Assembly: GCA_963765765.1 (NCBI GenBank)
Contig: CAVXYC010000023.1
Coordinates: 96,001 to 160,000 of the forward strand
Direction: 5' to 3'
DNA: 64,000 nt
Source: an uncultured Chloroflexia bacterium
GTDB taxonomy: Bacteria > Chloroflexota > UBA6077 > JACCZL01
The position numbers and the translations under genes are program-made. Shown piece by piece: positions 12,001 through 22,006 of this stretch. Below the pieces are notes generated by a model. The model was not told the origin of the DNA and did not search any database. It saw only the letters and a program-made list of their open reading frames with translations. Numbering within the stretch: the first letter of the stretch is position 1; each line of letters begins with the position of its first letter.

Positions 12001-13262
12001 TGAATACCCAGTAGGTCTAGATGTCGCTATGATCTGACTATCCGCCTTAAGAACATTGTCCAGGCGATTAATGAATTCTGCAACCAAATTTAACAGTGAT
12101 ACTCGGAGTTCTTTGTCTGTTACCTCATCGAGACCATCCAATATAAGAAGTATTGGGTTAGATTTGATCAGTTCTTGGATTTGCTCAGGACTAACAGACC
12201 GTCCAGATCTCTCTTCGATTATCGTTGCAATGAACCGTTCCACATGATGTGATCCCGCGGTATCTGTTATCCATTGGGCATAATCTTTGAGAATAATACG
12301 GATTGGAATTCGCAAGACCCGAGGCGTGAAATCATCAGTGTTACTGCCAAACTCTTCGCTACGTTTGAGAATATGGGCACGATGGATTTGGGCAATGAAT
12401 TGACCGAGCGTCGATTTTCCCTGACCCGGCCCTCCGATAAGAACTGACTTAAGCGGTCCCGCCCCTATTAGTCTTTGGGCCGCCGGAATAGCTTCGGGAA
12501 CTTGGTCCACCCGCATGCCAGTCGCAATTACCGTGGTGCGGCCATGGAAGGTGAACCGCAGGTCCTCGAGATTCCGGGGCCGGGACGTCCAGATCGATGA
12601 ATATGCGACGAAGAGGAATCGGGTGCTCACCGATTTCACCGGCTTGGTTGAGCATACTGATCGTGGTCGAAGGATCCTTGAATGTAGAGTTGGACCGTTT
12701 CTGCCATAAAGGAGCGGGACCGATTTTGAGCATCTAGGAGTTCTGCCAGAACGTCACCGGGCGTTAAGAGGTGGTAGTAGGTCCGTCTTATCTCCGGGCT
12801 TAGGTCTAGCATTCGGGCAATATCGTCATAACCCCAAACCTGAATATGTCGAATTACAGTCGAGAAGTTCGGGATAACTTGGGTTTGTATCTGGTCATGC
12901 GTTCCAATATCAGGAACAGATGAGAGTGCAACATTAGTCGCAAGTATGTAGTTGTCACAGTCACGTTGATACTTGCCAGTGATTTTCTCAAGCTCAGAGT
13001 TCAAGTCCCGTACAATTAGCCTCCGGGCTTGATCGGGCCGGACTAGCTTCGTGTCATGAAACTTCGCTTGGATGATCCAGTTGCCGTCCCACGGGTCAGC
13101 CGTGGACGGGAAGGTCGATCGCCCCGAGTAAGTGGCTTCGCGACCTCCGTCAGGCCCAGCTCCAAACGTGGTTGTCCCAGGCGCGATGAATTTCTTTGCG
13201 AGCGCCTGGACTAGGTGCTCAAATTGGGTTTCACCTAGTCGATTGAGTTCATAATCTGGCAT
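9006..13262 (-). CDS. Large STAND/NACHT NTPase with N-terminal restriction-endonuclease-like domain (split into 3 ORFs), putative anti-phage protein
   Basis: N-terminal FEHLVQAL...GPDGGREA...WIIQAKF; Walker A GGPGQGKST; Walker B LLILDGLDEV; ATSRPTGY, TPLQVTI and RSIQEFFAA; long helical C-terminus; visibly more AT-rich than the flanks. Confidence 0.8.
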
Positions 13263-13519
13263 AGGTTCACGCACTCCATAGCAAAGTCCGCATAGGGAAG
13301 TGGCAACTACTGAGGCGGCGTCATGTAACGAGTTCGCGCTATTCGAGATGATGAACGGACTCTTGAAAATTGGCAAGCTCAAGATCAGGCGGTGACTGCC
13401 AAGGTCCAGTCGACTGCAAGTCGGCCTTCGTTTTGATTCTCGTCCAGCGGTTGCTTGCGTGATGGAAAGCTAACGAAAGCGGTTTGTAAGTTACACGCAT
13501 AAAAGGGCGCCTGTCGGCC

Positions 13520-13927
13520 GGTGGGCTGGCAGAAGGAGCACAGGGATCGCTATCCCGCCACGAGGGTGAGGACGGCCATATCTGGAACGGCCGACCCAGG
13601 CTTCTCCTGACGACCACCGAACGCAGGAGCGGCCAGCAGCACACCTAGCCGATCAATTGCGGTGAGTCAAGTGGTCGTTACCTGGTCATCGGCTCGCGCG
13701 GGGGTGCGCCCGAGCATCCCCAGTGGTATCAGAACCTGATGGTCAACCCAGAAGTGGAAGTACAGGTCAAGGGCGACCGATTCAAAGCCCGCGCGCACAC
13801 GGCCACGGCGGACGAGAAGCCGCCACTCTGGGACTTGATGGTGGGCGTCTACCCATCGTTCGCCGAGTATCAGACGCGGACGGAGCGCGAGATTCCGGTC
13901 GTCGTCCTCGAGCGGGTCGAGGAGTAA
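13520..13927 (+). pseudogene. Second, decayed Ddn-family copy
   Basis: Aligns with 8010-8413 (GWQKEH...GHIWNGRP...EREIPVVVLERV) but lacks a start, has an indel near 13560 and an in-frame TAG at 13646-13648. Confidence 0.85.
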
Positions 13928-13946
13928 ACTCTCCTCTTATCTGACC

Positions 13947-15242
13947 CTAGGATCCACTGGCGGGTTTCGCCGCGACCTCGCCCGTCTTTGCCCGATCCTC
14001 GCGATCGTGGCGCGCCAGCGTATCCCCTAGTACTATGCCCACGCCTGCTGCGACCAGGACAGCGCACATGCCAAGGTACACGAAGCTGTAGCCGAATCCG
14101 AAATGCTCGGCGATGGCGGCAAACGCTGCCGGAGTCACCGTGGCGCCAAGCTGAGCAAACGTCCGCCAGATGGCGAAGAAGCGGCCCCGTGCAAATGTTG
14201 GCGAAAGATCGGTCCCCAGGACCTGCATCGTTCCGCCCGTCATGCCTTGACTGGCCTGCACCAGCACATAGCACACCATGAAGTACTCGGTCGGCACGTC
14301 GAAGAACGCCGTCAGGGACATCAGGAAGAGCGCCGAGGCGTAGGTGCTGAACCCAGGAACAATAACCTTGCGGCGACCGATTCTGTCCATGAGATAGCCG
14401 GTCAGGAACGGGATGGGCAGGGCGCAGGCCACCGCCGCGGTATTGAGCAAGCCGAGCGTGTCAGGACCGAGGTTGTAGTTGTAGACGGCGTAGAGGTTCA
14501 GCGCGCCCTGATCGAACCCACCCCGGGCGAGATTTGCCAGGGTTTGGATGGCCAGGAAAGTGATCATCTGGAAGGTGAGCATGTAGGCGATGACTCGACC
14601 CCACTCGTTCCCCTCAGACGCGGCAGCGGGTGCTTCGCCCTCCACTCGCTTCCGGCGCATGGGATCACTCTCCCTGACCAACCAGAAACTCGGGATAATC
14701 GCCAGCACCGTGAGGAAAGCGTGCACCATGAATGGCACAGCTAACCCGAATCCGGCCGCGAGGAAACCACCCACCGATGGCCCGAAGAGCGTCCCTGCCT
14801 GTCCAACCCCCATCATCCATTGCTGCTGCCTGGCGCGCTCGCGATGTCGGGCCGTATCGGCGATTATTACCAGACGAGCCTGCATCCAGATCTGAAGCGC
14901 CACGCCCGCCAGGAATCTCCAGAACAGCAGCTCGCCGATGCTATGTGCCAGCGGCGTCATAAAGGATGCGATGCCAGCGAGCATCGGCCCGCACAGCAGC
15001 ACCGGTCGGCGACCAACCTTATCGATCAGCACGCCCGTGGGAAACGTCGCCGCGAGCTGGCCAGCGTTTGACGCCACGAACACCAGCGAAGCCACACCCA
15101 CCCCAACATCGAACGACTTGGCCAGCCCGGGGATCACGGGGGCTACGAGACTGGTGCCCAGTGAGAGCAGCACGGAAGGGAGATACAGCGACAGGATCTG
15201 GTTCATGGAAACCAGCCCTTCCGAGCGCGGTTGGGACATCAA
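13947..15242 (-). CDS. MFS transporter
   Basis: About 12 hydrophobic segments; motif A GVLIDKVGRRPV repeated as GYLMDRIGRRKV. Confidence 0.9.
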   Translation of the reverse strand: MMSQPRSEGLVSMNQILSLYLPSVLLSLGTSLVAPVIPGLAKSFDVGVGVASLVFVASNAGQLAATFPTGVLIDKVGRRPVLLCGPMLAGIASFMTPLAHSIGELLFWRFLAGVALQIWMQARLVIIADTARHRERARQQQWMMGVGQAGTLFGPSVGGFLAAGFGLAVPFMVHAFLTVLAIIPSFWLVRESDPMRRKRVEGEAPAAASEGNEWGRVIAYMLTFQMITFLAIQTLANLARGGFDQGALNLYAVYNYNLGPDTLGLLNTAAVACALPIPFLTGYLMDRIGRRKVIVPGFSTYASALFLMSLTAFFDVPTEYFMVCYVLVQASQGMTGGTMQVLGTDLSPTFARGRFFAIWRTFAQLGATVTPAAFAAIAEHFGFGYSFVYLGMCAVLVAAGVGIVLGDTLARHDREDRAKTGEVAAKPASGS

Positions 15243-15411
15243 GGCTCCTCATGTCGGCTGGACGTAGATGGATCCAGTGCCGACCGCTAGGTATTTTACG
15301 ACCGAAGCTCAGCGCTGTCTAACGTGAACGTGAAGGTCAGATTTAGGCGGTGTCCGCAATTGGATCCATAGATTCAATGAGCAGCCTTGTAGAGGGGTAC
15401 GCTTGAGACAA

Positions 15412-15590
15412 GTAGTGAGCACTTCATTTCAGCAGCTTTTCGCGAAGACAGAGAGCGAGCGGAGCGATGCGTCAAGCGAAAGCGTGGTTAGCCCTCTACT
15501 GCAATTGGCCCGCCGATCGTGATCGGAGGCGGCGTCGCTTCGCTTGCTCTTAGCGCTCGCGAAAAATCGCCGAAATGAAGCGATCACTAC
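15412..15590. repeat. MITE-like element with about 60-bp imperfect terminal inverted repeats
   Basis: Left arm GTAGTGAGCACTTCATTTCAGCAGCTTTTCGCGA matches the reverse complement of the right arm, GTAGTGATCGCTTCATTTCGGCGATTTTTCGCGA. Confidence 0.65.
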
Positions 15591-15663
15591 GTACATAGTA
15601 AGCCCAGGAGCTCTTTCCCACGCATGATAGAATCGGCTTAGCCGTGCCTGCCCATTACCTTCC

Positions 15664-17241
15664 GTGACCGGCGCAATGCAGGTTCCCCTGCCCGCCTCGC
15701 GCTCGGCTCTGGATTCACCCCTCGCCTGGCTTCTTGGCTGCGGAACGCTGAGCGGCGTTATCTGGTGGCAATTCTTTACTGTGCCGTTCCCGCTGGCTCA
15801 GTACTACGCCCAGGGCCACGTGGACTACGCCTGGATCACTCAGTACCGTCCAGAGGGTACGTTCATCTTCATGGCCGCGTTCGGAGCGCTCTTCGCGCTG
15901 GCCTGGGTGGCGCAGCAGAAGGTTCTAGGGGATAAGTCTGCCGAGGCGATTCTCACTGTGCTGGCCGGACACGTAGTGTTCAGTGCGGTACTCCGAGGCA
16001 TGTATCCGACCGCGGCGGTGGATATTTACGATTACTTTCTCTATGGCCGGATCTCGCTGATCCACGGTGGAAACCCATTCATCCAGCCACCGCGCGACTT
16101 CCCTCAGGATCCGTTCCTCTATCTATCACCCTGGCAAGCTGAGCCGTCTGTCTACGGTCCAATCTGGCAGATTATCAGTTTAGCGCCGACCGCGCTCGCA
16201 GGCGACGATCTGTTGTTTGCGATCGGCGCGTTCAAGGTGACGGCGATACTCGGCTCATTCCTCACCGCGGTAATCATCTATCTGACGCTCCGCCGCATTG
16301 CACCGAACCGTGCTGTTGCTGGCACGCTGTTCTTCGCCTGGAACCCGCTAGTGCTCTTCGAAACTGCCGGCAATGGCCACAATGACTCAATTCTGACGGT
16401 ATTGATGATGGCGAGCGTCTTCTGCCTTATTGTCGGTCCGCGCTGGGGAGCACTTCCTGGACTAGCCGCCGCGGCACTCACCAAGGTCCCCGTGATTCTT
16501 CTCGGCCCGCTGATGCTGGCGGGCGTTCTACGCGCCGACACACTTCAACGCTCAATCCGGACCGCGACCATCGGCCTGGCCGCATCGCTAGCGCTGGTCG
16601 TCGCCGCTTACCTGCCGTTCTGGGTGGGCCTGCCCACGCTCAGCTTTCTAGGCCGTGGTCACTGGTTCACAGCCTCCCCAGCCACGCTGCTCCGTGAGGT
16701 GCTGCGACTCCAAGGCATAGAGTTCGAAACAGCCAACCAGTACGCGACACTCATTTCGGCGGCGATCTTCGGGCTGATTTACGTCTGGTGTCTGGTCGCG
16801 TACCTGCGTTCACCAGCCCCGCGCTCCGCCTCCATTCATCAGAATGAGTCCGTAACCGCTCATCACTCGTCACACATGACTCATCACTGGCTCGCTCGTG
16901 ATTGGCAACCCTGGCTCCGCGCAGCCTATCGAGTGACCATGGCTTATCTGGTGATCGCGGCGCTCTGGTGGCACGCCTGGTACCTGCTCATGCTGATCTG
17001 CTTTGCCGCGCTGCTGGGGGATTCCGTACTGGAGACACGCTGCAATCTGTTCTGCTTCGGTGGCCTACTCTCGTACGTGGTGTTCAAATACGTCTGGTGG
17101 TATTGGGAGCCAACCGGCGACTACTTTCGAATCATGACCGTGAGCGTGGTGGCCATCTTCTCGCTTCCGGCACTCCACTGGCTGCTGTCATTCTTGCCGT
17201 CCAACCATCAAGCAACCGTGGCGGAAGCTCAGGGCACGTAA
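15664..17241 (+). CDS. GT-C fold polyprenol-phosphate-sugar-dependent glycosyltransferase (MptA/MptB-like)
   Basis: DIYDYFLYGRI...GGNPF, SVYGPIW and FAWNPLVLFETAGNGHNDS motifs; many TM helices. Confidence 0.8.
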   Translation: MTGAMQVPLPASRSALDSPLAWLLGCGTLSGVIWWQFFTVPFPLAQYYAQGHVDYAWITQYRPEGTFIFMAAFGALFALAWVAQQKVLGDKSAEAILTVLAGHVVFSAVLRGMYPTAAVDIYDYFLYGRISLIHGGNPFIQPPRDFPQDPFLYLSPWQAEPSVYGPIWQIISLAPTALAGDDLLFAIGAFKVTAILGSFLTAVIIYLTLRRIAPNRAVAGTLFFAWNPLVLFETAGNGHNDSILTVLMMASVFCLIVGPRWGALPGLAAAALTKVPVILLGPLMLAGVLRADTLQRSIRTATIGLAASLALVVAAYLPFWVGLPTLSFLGRGHWFTASPATLLREVLRLQGIEFETANQYATLISAAIFGLIYVWCLVAYLRSPAPRSASIHQNESVTAHHSSHMTHHWLARDWQPWLRAAYRVTMAYLVIAALWWHAWYLLMLICFAALLGDSVLETRCNLFCFGGLLSYVVFKYVWWYWEPTGDYFRIMTVSVVAIFSLPALHWLLSFLPSNHQATVAEAQGT

Positions 17242-17769
17242 TCAGCTCAATATTCTGGCTCGACAAAATGTTGACGGCATTCGATACGAAGCTACCGGCA
17301 AGAACCTGACACAGTAACGGCCACAGTGTCCCGGAGATGGTACTTGGCGACACCGGTCACAAAGAGAAGAAGAAAGCCCTCTGTAAGAATCAGCTCTCGA
17401 ATCAACAGATGAGCGTTGTTGAGGATCGCACCTGGCGCCACGCGCCGTGGAGTGCGCCGCGGGTAGCAAGAATTCTTGTGGAGTTTGAGGAAAGAGCACG
17501 GGCGGACGCTCCGCTGCAGTGGTCGAGACATCGGAAGGAGGGACACCCCATGGCCAGAGTCAAAGCCCTGACCGTTTTCGCACTCTGGCAGAGCGCTGCG
17601 CCGAAACCACAACACGAGTACCCGGTGTGGGCGACATGAGCTCCGAACGAAGCCGCTCCTCCAGCGCATCCGGAAGTCGGCGCTGGAGGAGGCGCTGCAG
17701 CACCGAGTGCCGGCCGGGCGCTCCCCACGCACCGAAGTGCGCCCGTATCAATCGCACCGGCGGCTCGTG

Positions 17770-18822
17770 CCGAACTGCTCCGCAGCCGCCGTCCAGATCC
17801 AGCGCGCGCCGTCGCCTAGCACGACAACCGCCCGCAACCTCGCCAGCCCGGGCCCGGTGACCGGGCCATCGACGCCGAGGATGTCCAGGCCGCCCCGCCG
17901 CGCCACTTCGGCGCCCCAGCGCCCGGTGAACGGCCCCACCGGCTCGCGGGCCGCCACGTAACTCGGGGCCTCCAAGCGCTGCCGTTCCGGGGGCGCAGCC
18001 GGATCCCAGCCGCCGACCACGCCGAGTTTGACTTCGTGCCAGCCATCGTTGAAGCGCACCAGCACGCCATCGGTTTCAGCGACCAGCTGGTGCGGGGCGG
18101 CGTCCACCGGCCCGGCCGGGGCCCGCGTCCGTTCGACGGTGGCGCGGTCGGCCTGCTGAGCCTGATCGAGCGCGGCCCCGGCGGCCTCGGTCTGGGTGCG
18201 CACCGTCTCGGGACTCACGGCCAGGCCGGTCAGGTCCTCGAGCAGGTCGGCGGCCTCGGCAAACGCCGTGGCGCCCCCCAGCCGGACCAGCCAGGCGCGC
18301 AGCGGGCCGCTCAGGCGCTGGTGCGGCGCGAGGCCCAGCGTGCGGTCGGTCGGGCTCCAGCCGTGGCGGCAGGTCGGGCAGTGCGCCCACGGGCGCGACC
18401 AGCGGACCGGGCCGCAGACCGTGACCACCTGGCGGGAACGCCAGCTGTGCGTGGGCGCGGTCGTGCCGCACTCCGGACAACGGGACCGGTCGCGCTGGAG
18501 CCCGGGATCCAGACTGCGCTGGGTAGCCGCGATCATCCCGGCGACCAGCGTCGGGGCCACGGTGCGCAGCTCGGTCTGGACCTGGCGCTCGAGATCCGTC
18601 AGAGAGGCATCGCGGTGGGCGCGCGCCCAAGCCGCCAAGCGGTGGGCACAGGCGGCGAGCGGTGCGACAATCGTCTCGGGAAGGTTCTCCGCGTCCATGC
18701 GACCTTCCTCGCGGCCGGGGCATCTCACTGCCCCGGCCGCCTCGGCATGAGAATCCGCGTTCGCAGCGTAACCCATCCGCTCCGTTCTCACCACAGCTCT
18801 CAAAGCTTTTGGTTACACCCCC
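17770..18822 (-). mobile_element. Truncated ISKra4-family insertion sequence (transposase from 18698, 3' part missing)
   Basis: CPECG and CPTC zinc motifs, ETDGVLV, WHEVKLGVV and VVLGDGARWIW catalytic Asp motifs; much higher GC than the flanks; candidate left end GGGGGTGTAACC at 18811-18822. Confidence 0.75.
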
Positions 18823-18931
18823 AGTCCCTAATCGTTTGCGCATCCCGCGAAATTGAACTACGCTGGCCTCATTCCTCGGCTGCTCGCGTCTGCCAAGGAC
18901 CGAGTGGCGAACCCTAGAATGGGATGGTGTC

Positions 18932-20668
18932 ATGACGCGTTACGGCTCAGACCTGATCGTCGATCTCCTTCAGAAGTTCGAGATTCCGTGGGTGACACTC
19001 AACCCAGGGTCCTCATTCCGGGGCTTGCACGACTCAATGGTCAATTACGGTGGCAATAAGCCGCCGATGATCTTGTGCAACCATGAGGAGATCGCAGTAT
19101 TCATGGCCCACGGTTACGCCCGAACAACCGGGAAACCGATGGCTGCGATCGTCCACGATACGGTGGGTCTCCTGCACTGCGCCGAGGCCGTCTACTACGC
19201 GTACCTCGATCGCGTTCCGCTCCTGCTGTTAGGAGCCACCGGGCCGATGGACACCACCCGCCGACGTCCTCATATCGATTGGATCCACACCACGGTGATG
19301 CAGTCGCAACCGATCCGCGACTACATCAAGTGGGACCGTCAACCGGTGAACGCTACTGAGGTGGCGGAGTCTTTTGCGCGGGCTTACCGTGTGGCCACCC
19401 AGGAGCCGCGCGGGCCGGTGTATCTCGTGTATGACAGCGCTTTTCAGGAAGACCCGCTCAGCGAAGAAGTGGCCATTCCGGATCCGCGGAAAGTAACTGC
19501 CGGGACCCTGGCCCATCCCGATCCGGCCGCCGTGGAAGAGCTGGCGGACCTGCTGGTCAACGCTGAGATGCCCGTTTTGCTCGCATCCTATGCCGGGCGC
19601 AACCCATCGGCCTTCCACGATCTCGTCCGGCTAGCGGAAGCGACCGGCGCGGCGGTCATTGATGAGCGCATGCGACTGAATTTCCCGAACCGCCATCACC
19701 TGAACGTGACCGATTTCGAGCAGCCCTTCCTGGAGCGCGCCGATCTCGTTGTGGCGTTCGACCTCAAAGATCTGTACGGCCCGCTTGTGCGGCTCAATCG
19801 ACTAACGCGAGAGACCGAATACGTGACCGGGCCCGGGTGCAAGATCGCCGAGGTTGGCTACCGCGATATCAGTATCAGCAAGTGGTCAGACGAGTGGCAG
19901 CAGCTCGTGCCGGTGGATCTCCAGATCATTGCCGACACGTCCGTCACCCTCCCGCTGCTGGCGGATCGCGTGGCGGAGAAGATCTCGTCTAACCCCGCGG
20001 CTCAAAGTCGTGCGCGTGGACGAGCGGATGAGATCCGCGCCGCTCACGAGCAGCATTGGAGCAAATGGCAGGAGGACGCCAGGAAGGATTGGGATGTCGC
20101 GCCCATGAGCACGGCGCGCCTGGCTAGCGAGGTCTGGGATGTCATCAAGAACGAGGATTGGGTGATGACCTCGGCGTCACTCTCCAACTGGATCTTCAAG
20201 CTCTGGGACTTCGACCGTCCTGATCGCTACCCGGGCTCAGCGCTGGGCACGTCCACACAGATTGGGATCGCTCTCGGCGTAGCGCTGGCGCACAAGGGCA
20301 GCGGCAAGGTGGTAGTCAACCTCAACCCTGATGGCGACCTGATGTTCGATGCCGGCGCGCTCTGGATAGCTTCGAACAATGAGCTGCCGTTGCTGACGGT
20401 CATGTACAACAACCGCGCCTACTACAACGACTGGGAGCACCAGATTCGCATGGCCGAGCACCGCGGCACCCCTGTTGACAACGCGTGGATTGGCCAGGCG
20501 ATCGATGGTCCCGCGCCTGACTTCGGGGCGCTGGCGCGATCTATGGGTATGCACGGTGAGGGTCCGTTCGAGGATCCATCGGAGGTTGGACCCGCGTTGC
20601 GGCGGGCCCTCGAGGTGGTCAAATCTGGCAAGCCAGCACTGGTGGATACGGTCACTCGGCCACGGTGA
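18932..20668 (+). CDS. Thiamine pyrophosphate-binding enzyme (ALS/benzoylformate decarboxylase-like)
   Basis: LNPGSSFRGLHDS, HEEIAVFMAHGYA and TPP motif PDGDLMF...MYNN. Confidence 0.85.
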   Translation: MTRYGSDLIVDLLQKFEIPWVTLNPGSSFRGLHDSMVNYGGNKPPMILCNHEEIAVFMAHGYARTTGKPMAAIVHDTVGLLHCAEAVYYAYLDRVPLLLLGATGPMDTTRRRPHIDWIHTTVMQSQPIRDYIKWDRQPVNATEVAESFARAYRVATQEPRGPVYLVYDSAFQEDPLSEEVAIPDPRKVTAGTLAHPDPAAVEELADLLVNAEMPVLLASYAGRNPSAFHDLVRLAEATGAAVIDERMRLNFPNRHHLNVTDFEQPFLERADLVVAFDLKDLYGPLVRLNRLTRETEYVTGPGCKIAEVGYRDISISKWSDEWQQLVPVDLQIIADTSVTLPLLADRVAEKISSNPAAQSRARGRADEIRAAHEQHWSKWQEDARKDWDVAPMSTARLASEVWDVIKNEDWVMTSASLSNWIFKLWDFDRPDRYPGSALGTSTQIGIALGVALAHKGSGKVVVNLNPDGDLMFDAGALWIASNNELPLLTVMYNNRAYYNDWEHQIRMAEHRGTPVDNAWIGQAIDGPAPDFGALARSMGMHGEGPFEDPSEVGPALRRALEVVKSGKPALVDTVTRPR

Positions 20669-20805
20669 GCCGAGCCTAAGCGACGGCTCGTCGAAAGCTA
20701 AGCGAGGATCGCGATCAACGTGGCGTCCCTTGAGGGCCGCCACCTAGATTTCCATGACAGCGACCGGCAGAAGGGATACTCAGGTGACGCGGGTGAAGGG
20801 CGCCA

Positions 20806-21498
20806 CTACGGGTTAATGTCGCGACCGACTAACTCGCCAAGGTCTTCCAGCGCCCTGGCCGCGACCTTCAGATCATCCACAAGCATCTGATAAGCGGCGC
20901 GGCGTGCATCAGGGTCGGGCGATCGGAGGATCGCCGATGGATGGATTGTGGCCACTACTTTGAATCCGTGTTCAGAGGCGATGACGGTTCCACGCTGTTG
21001 CATTAATTTGAACTTCGGTCCGAGGACGGCCCGTGCCGCGGTGGCGCCGAGGCACACAACGACTGCTGGTCTGACGGCGCGGAATTCGGCCTCAAGCCAG
21101 GGGCGGCAGGCGTTGATCTCGTATGCCCCGGGCTTCTTGTGGATGCGCTTCTTCCCGCGCGGCTCGAATTTGAAGTGCTTGACGGCGTTAGTCACATAAG
21201 CTCTGTCGCGGGCAATTCCGGCTTCGGCGAGCGCCTCGTCCAGTAGCGTGCCAGCCGGACCCACGAATGGCGCTCCCTGACGGTCTTCCTGATCGCCGGG
21301 CTGCTCGCCGACGAGCATAATCCGGTCGTTCTCTGGGCCGGAGCCGAAGACTGCTTGAGTCGCGTCCTTGTAGAGATCGCACCCGTGGCATTCCTGGACA
21401 GCAGCACGTAACTCGGCGAGGCTGGCTGAGTCCGGAACGAATGGAGCGGCGCCGACCTCATTCTGATCGTCGGTCCCCGTGGTCTTTCGAGTTGGCAT
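20806..21498 (-). CDS. udgX: UdgX-type uracil-DNA binding protein (family 4 UDG relative)
   Basis: CHGCDL Fe-S motif, GEQPG, NAVKHFKF, R-loop RGKKRIHKKP and HPSAILR. Confidence 0.85.
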   Translation of the reverse strand: MPTRKTTGTDDQNEVGAAPFVPDSASLAELRAAVQECHGCDLYKDATQAVFGSGPENDRIMLVGEQPGDQEDRQGAPFVGPAGTLLDEALAEAGIARDRAYVTNAVKHFKFEPRGKKRIHKKPGAYEINACRPWLEAEFRAVRPAVVVCLGATAARAVLGPKFKLMQQRGTVIASEHGFKVVATIHPSAILRSPDPDARRAAYQMLVDDLKVAARALEDLGELVGRDINP

Positions 21499-21769
21499 GC
21501 TGGCCGGATCTGCAGCAATCGGGCCACGTCAATGGATCAGTCCCAGATCCGCGAACGTACCGAGCTCATCGCCGCCGAGCCTCGTCGACACGCGTGATCA
21601 GCTCATCAACCAGCGGGCTTCACGTGCTTCCCTCTCGGGAGCCACAGTGATTGGTTCCCCGGGGCGCCCGGGTCACACTCTCGCACGGGCTCGGCGCACC
21701 AGACACGAACCGACCTCGGACACCGCGACCGCCACCTCGGGGTAGCACTCTGCCAGCCATTTTCACCCG

Positions 21770-21799
21770 CCGGTGGTACCCCCGCGGGGGTACCACCGG
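21770..21799. repeat. Perfect 30-bp palindrome
   Basis: CCGGTGGTACCCCCGCGGGGGTACCACCGG is its own reverse complement. Confidence 0.85.
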
Positions 21800-21867
21800 A
21801 TCTCTGGGTTGCGCGGCAGGGCAAAGCGCGTGCCGAAAAATTGTAGACGGTAGAGCAGAGTCCCTTT

Positions 21868-21983
21868 GGTGGGTGGGCGTCCTCGTCCGCAGCGTCGAGG
21901 CCGCCCATAGAACTCAACACTGCCGATTGGAATCCCGAAGTGCGACCTCGACGGACGCGGCGGACGAGGACGTCCACCCACCA
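21868..21983. repeat. REP-like inverted repeat pair
   Basis: TGGTGGGTGGGCGTCCTCGTCCGC ... GCGGACGAGGACGTCCACCCACCA. Confidence 0.75.
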
Positions 21984-22006
21984 GAGTGGCAGGGCATCCG
22001 CGAGAG

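Noticed and set aside
13646-13648. In-frame TAG in the second ddn copy as pyrrolysine or read-through
   Set aside because: The copy also lacks a start and has other lesions; it is a pseudogene.
18036-18933. Long alternative-frame ORFs over the IS (and similar antisense ORFs throughout)
   Set aside because: Shadow ORFs expected in high-GC coding DNA; Arg/Pro/Gly-rich with no motifs.
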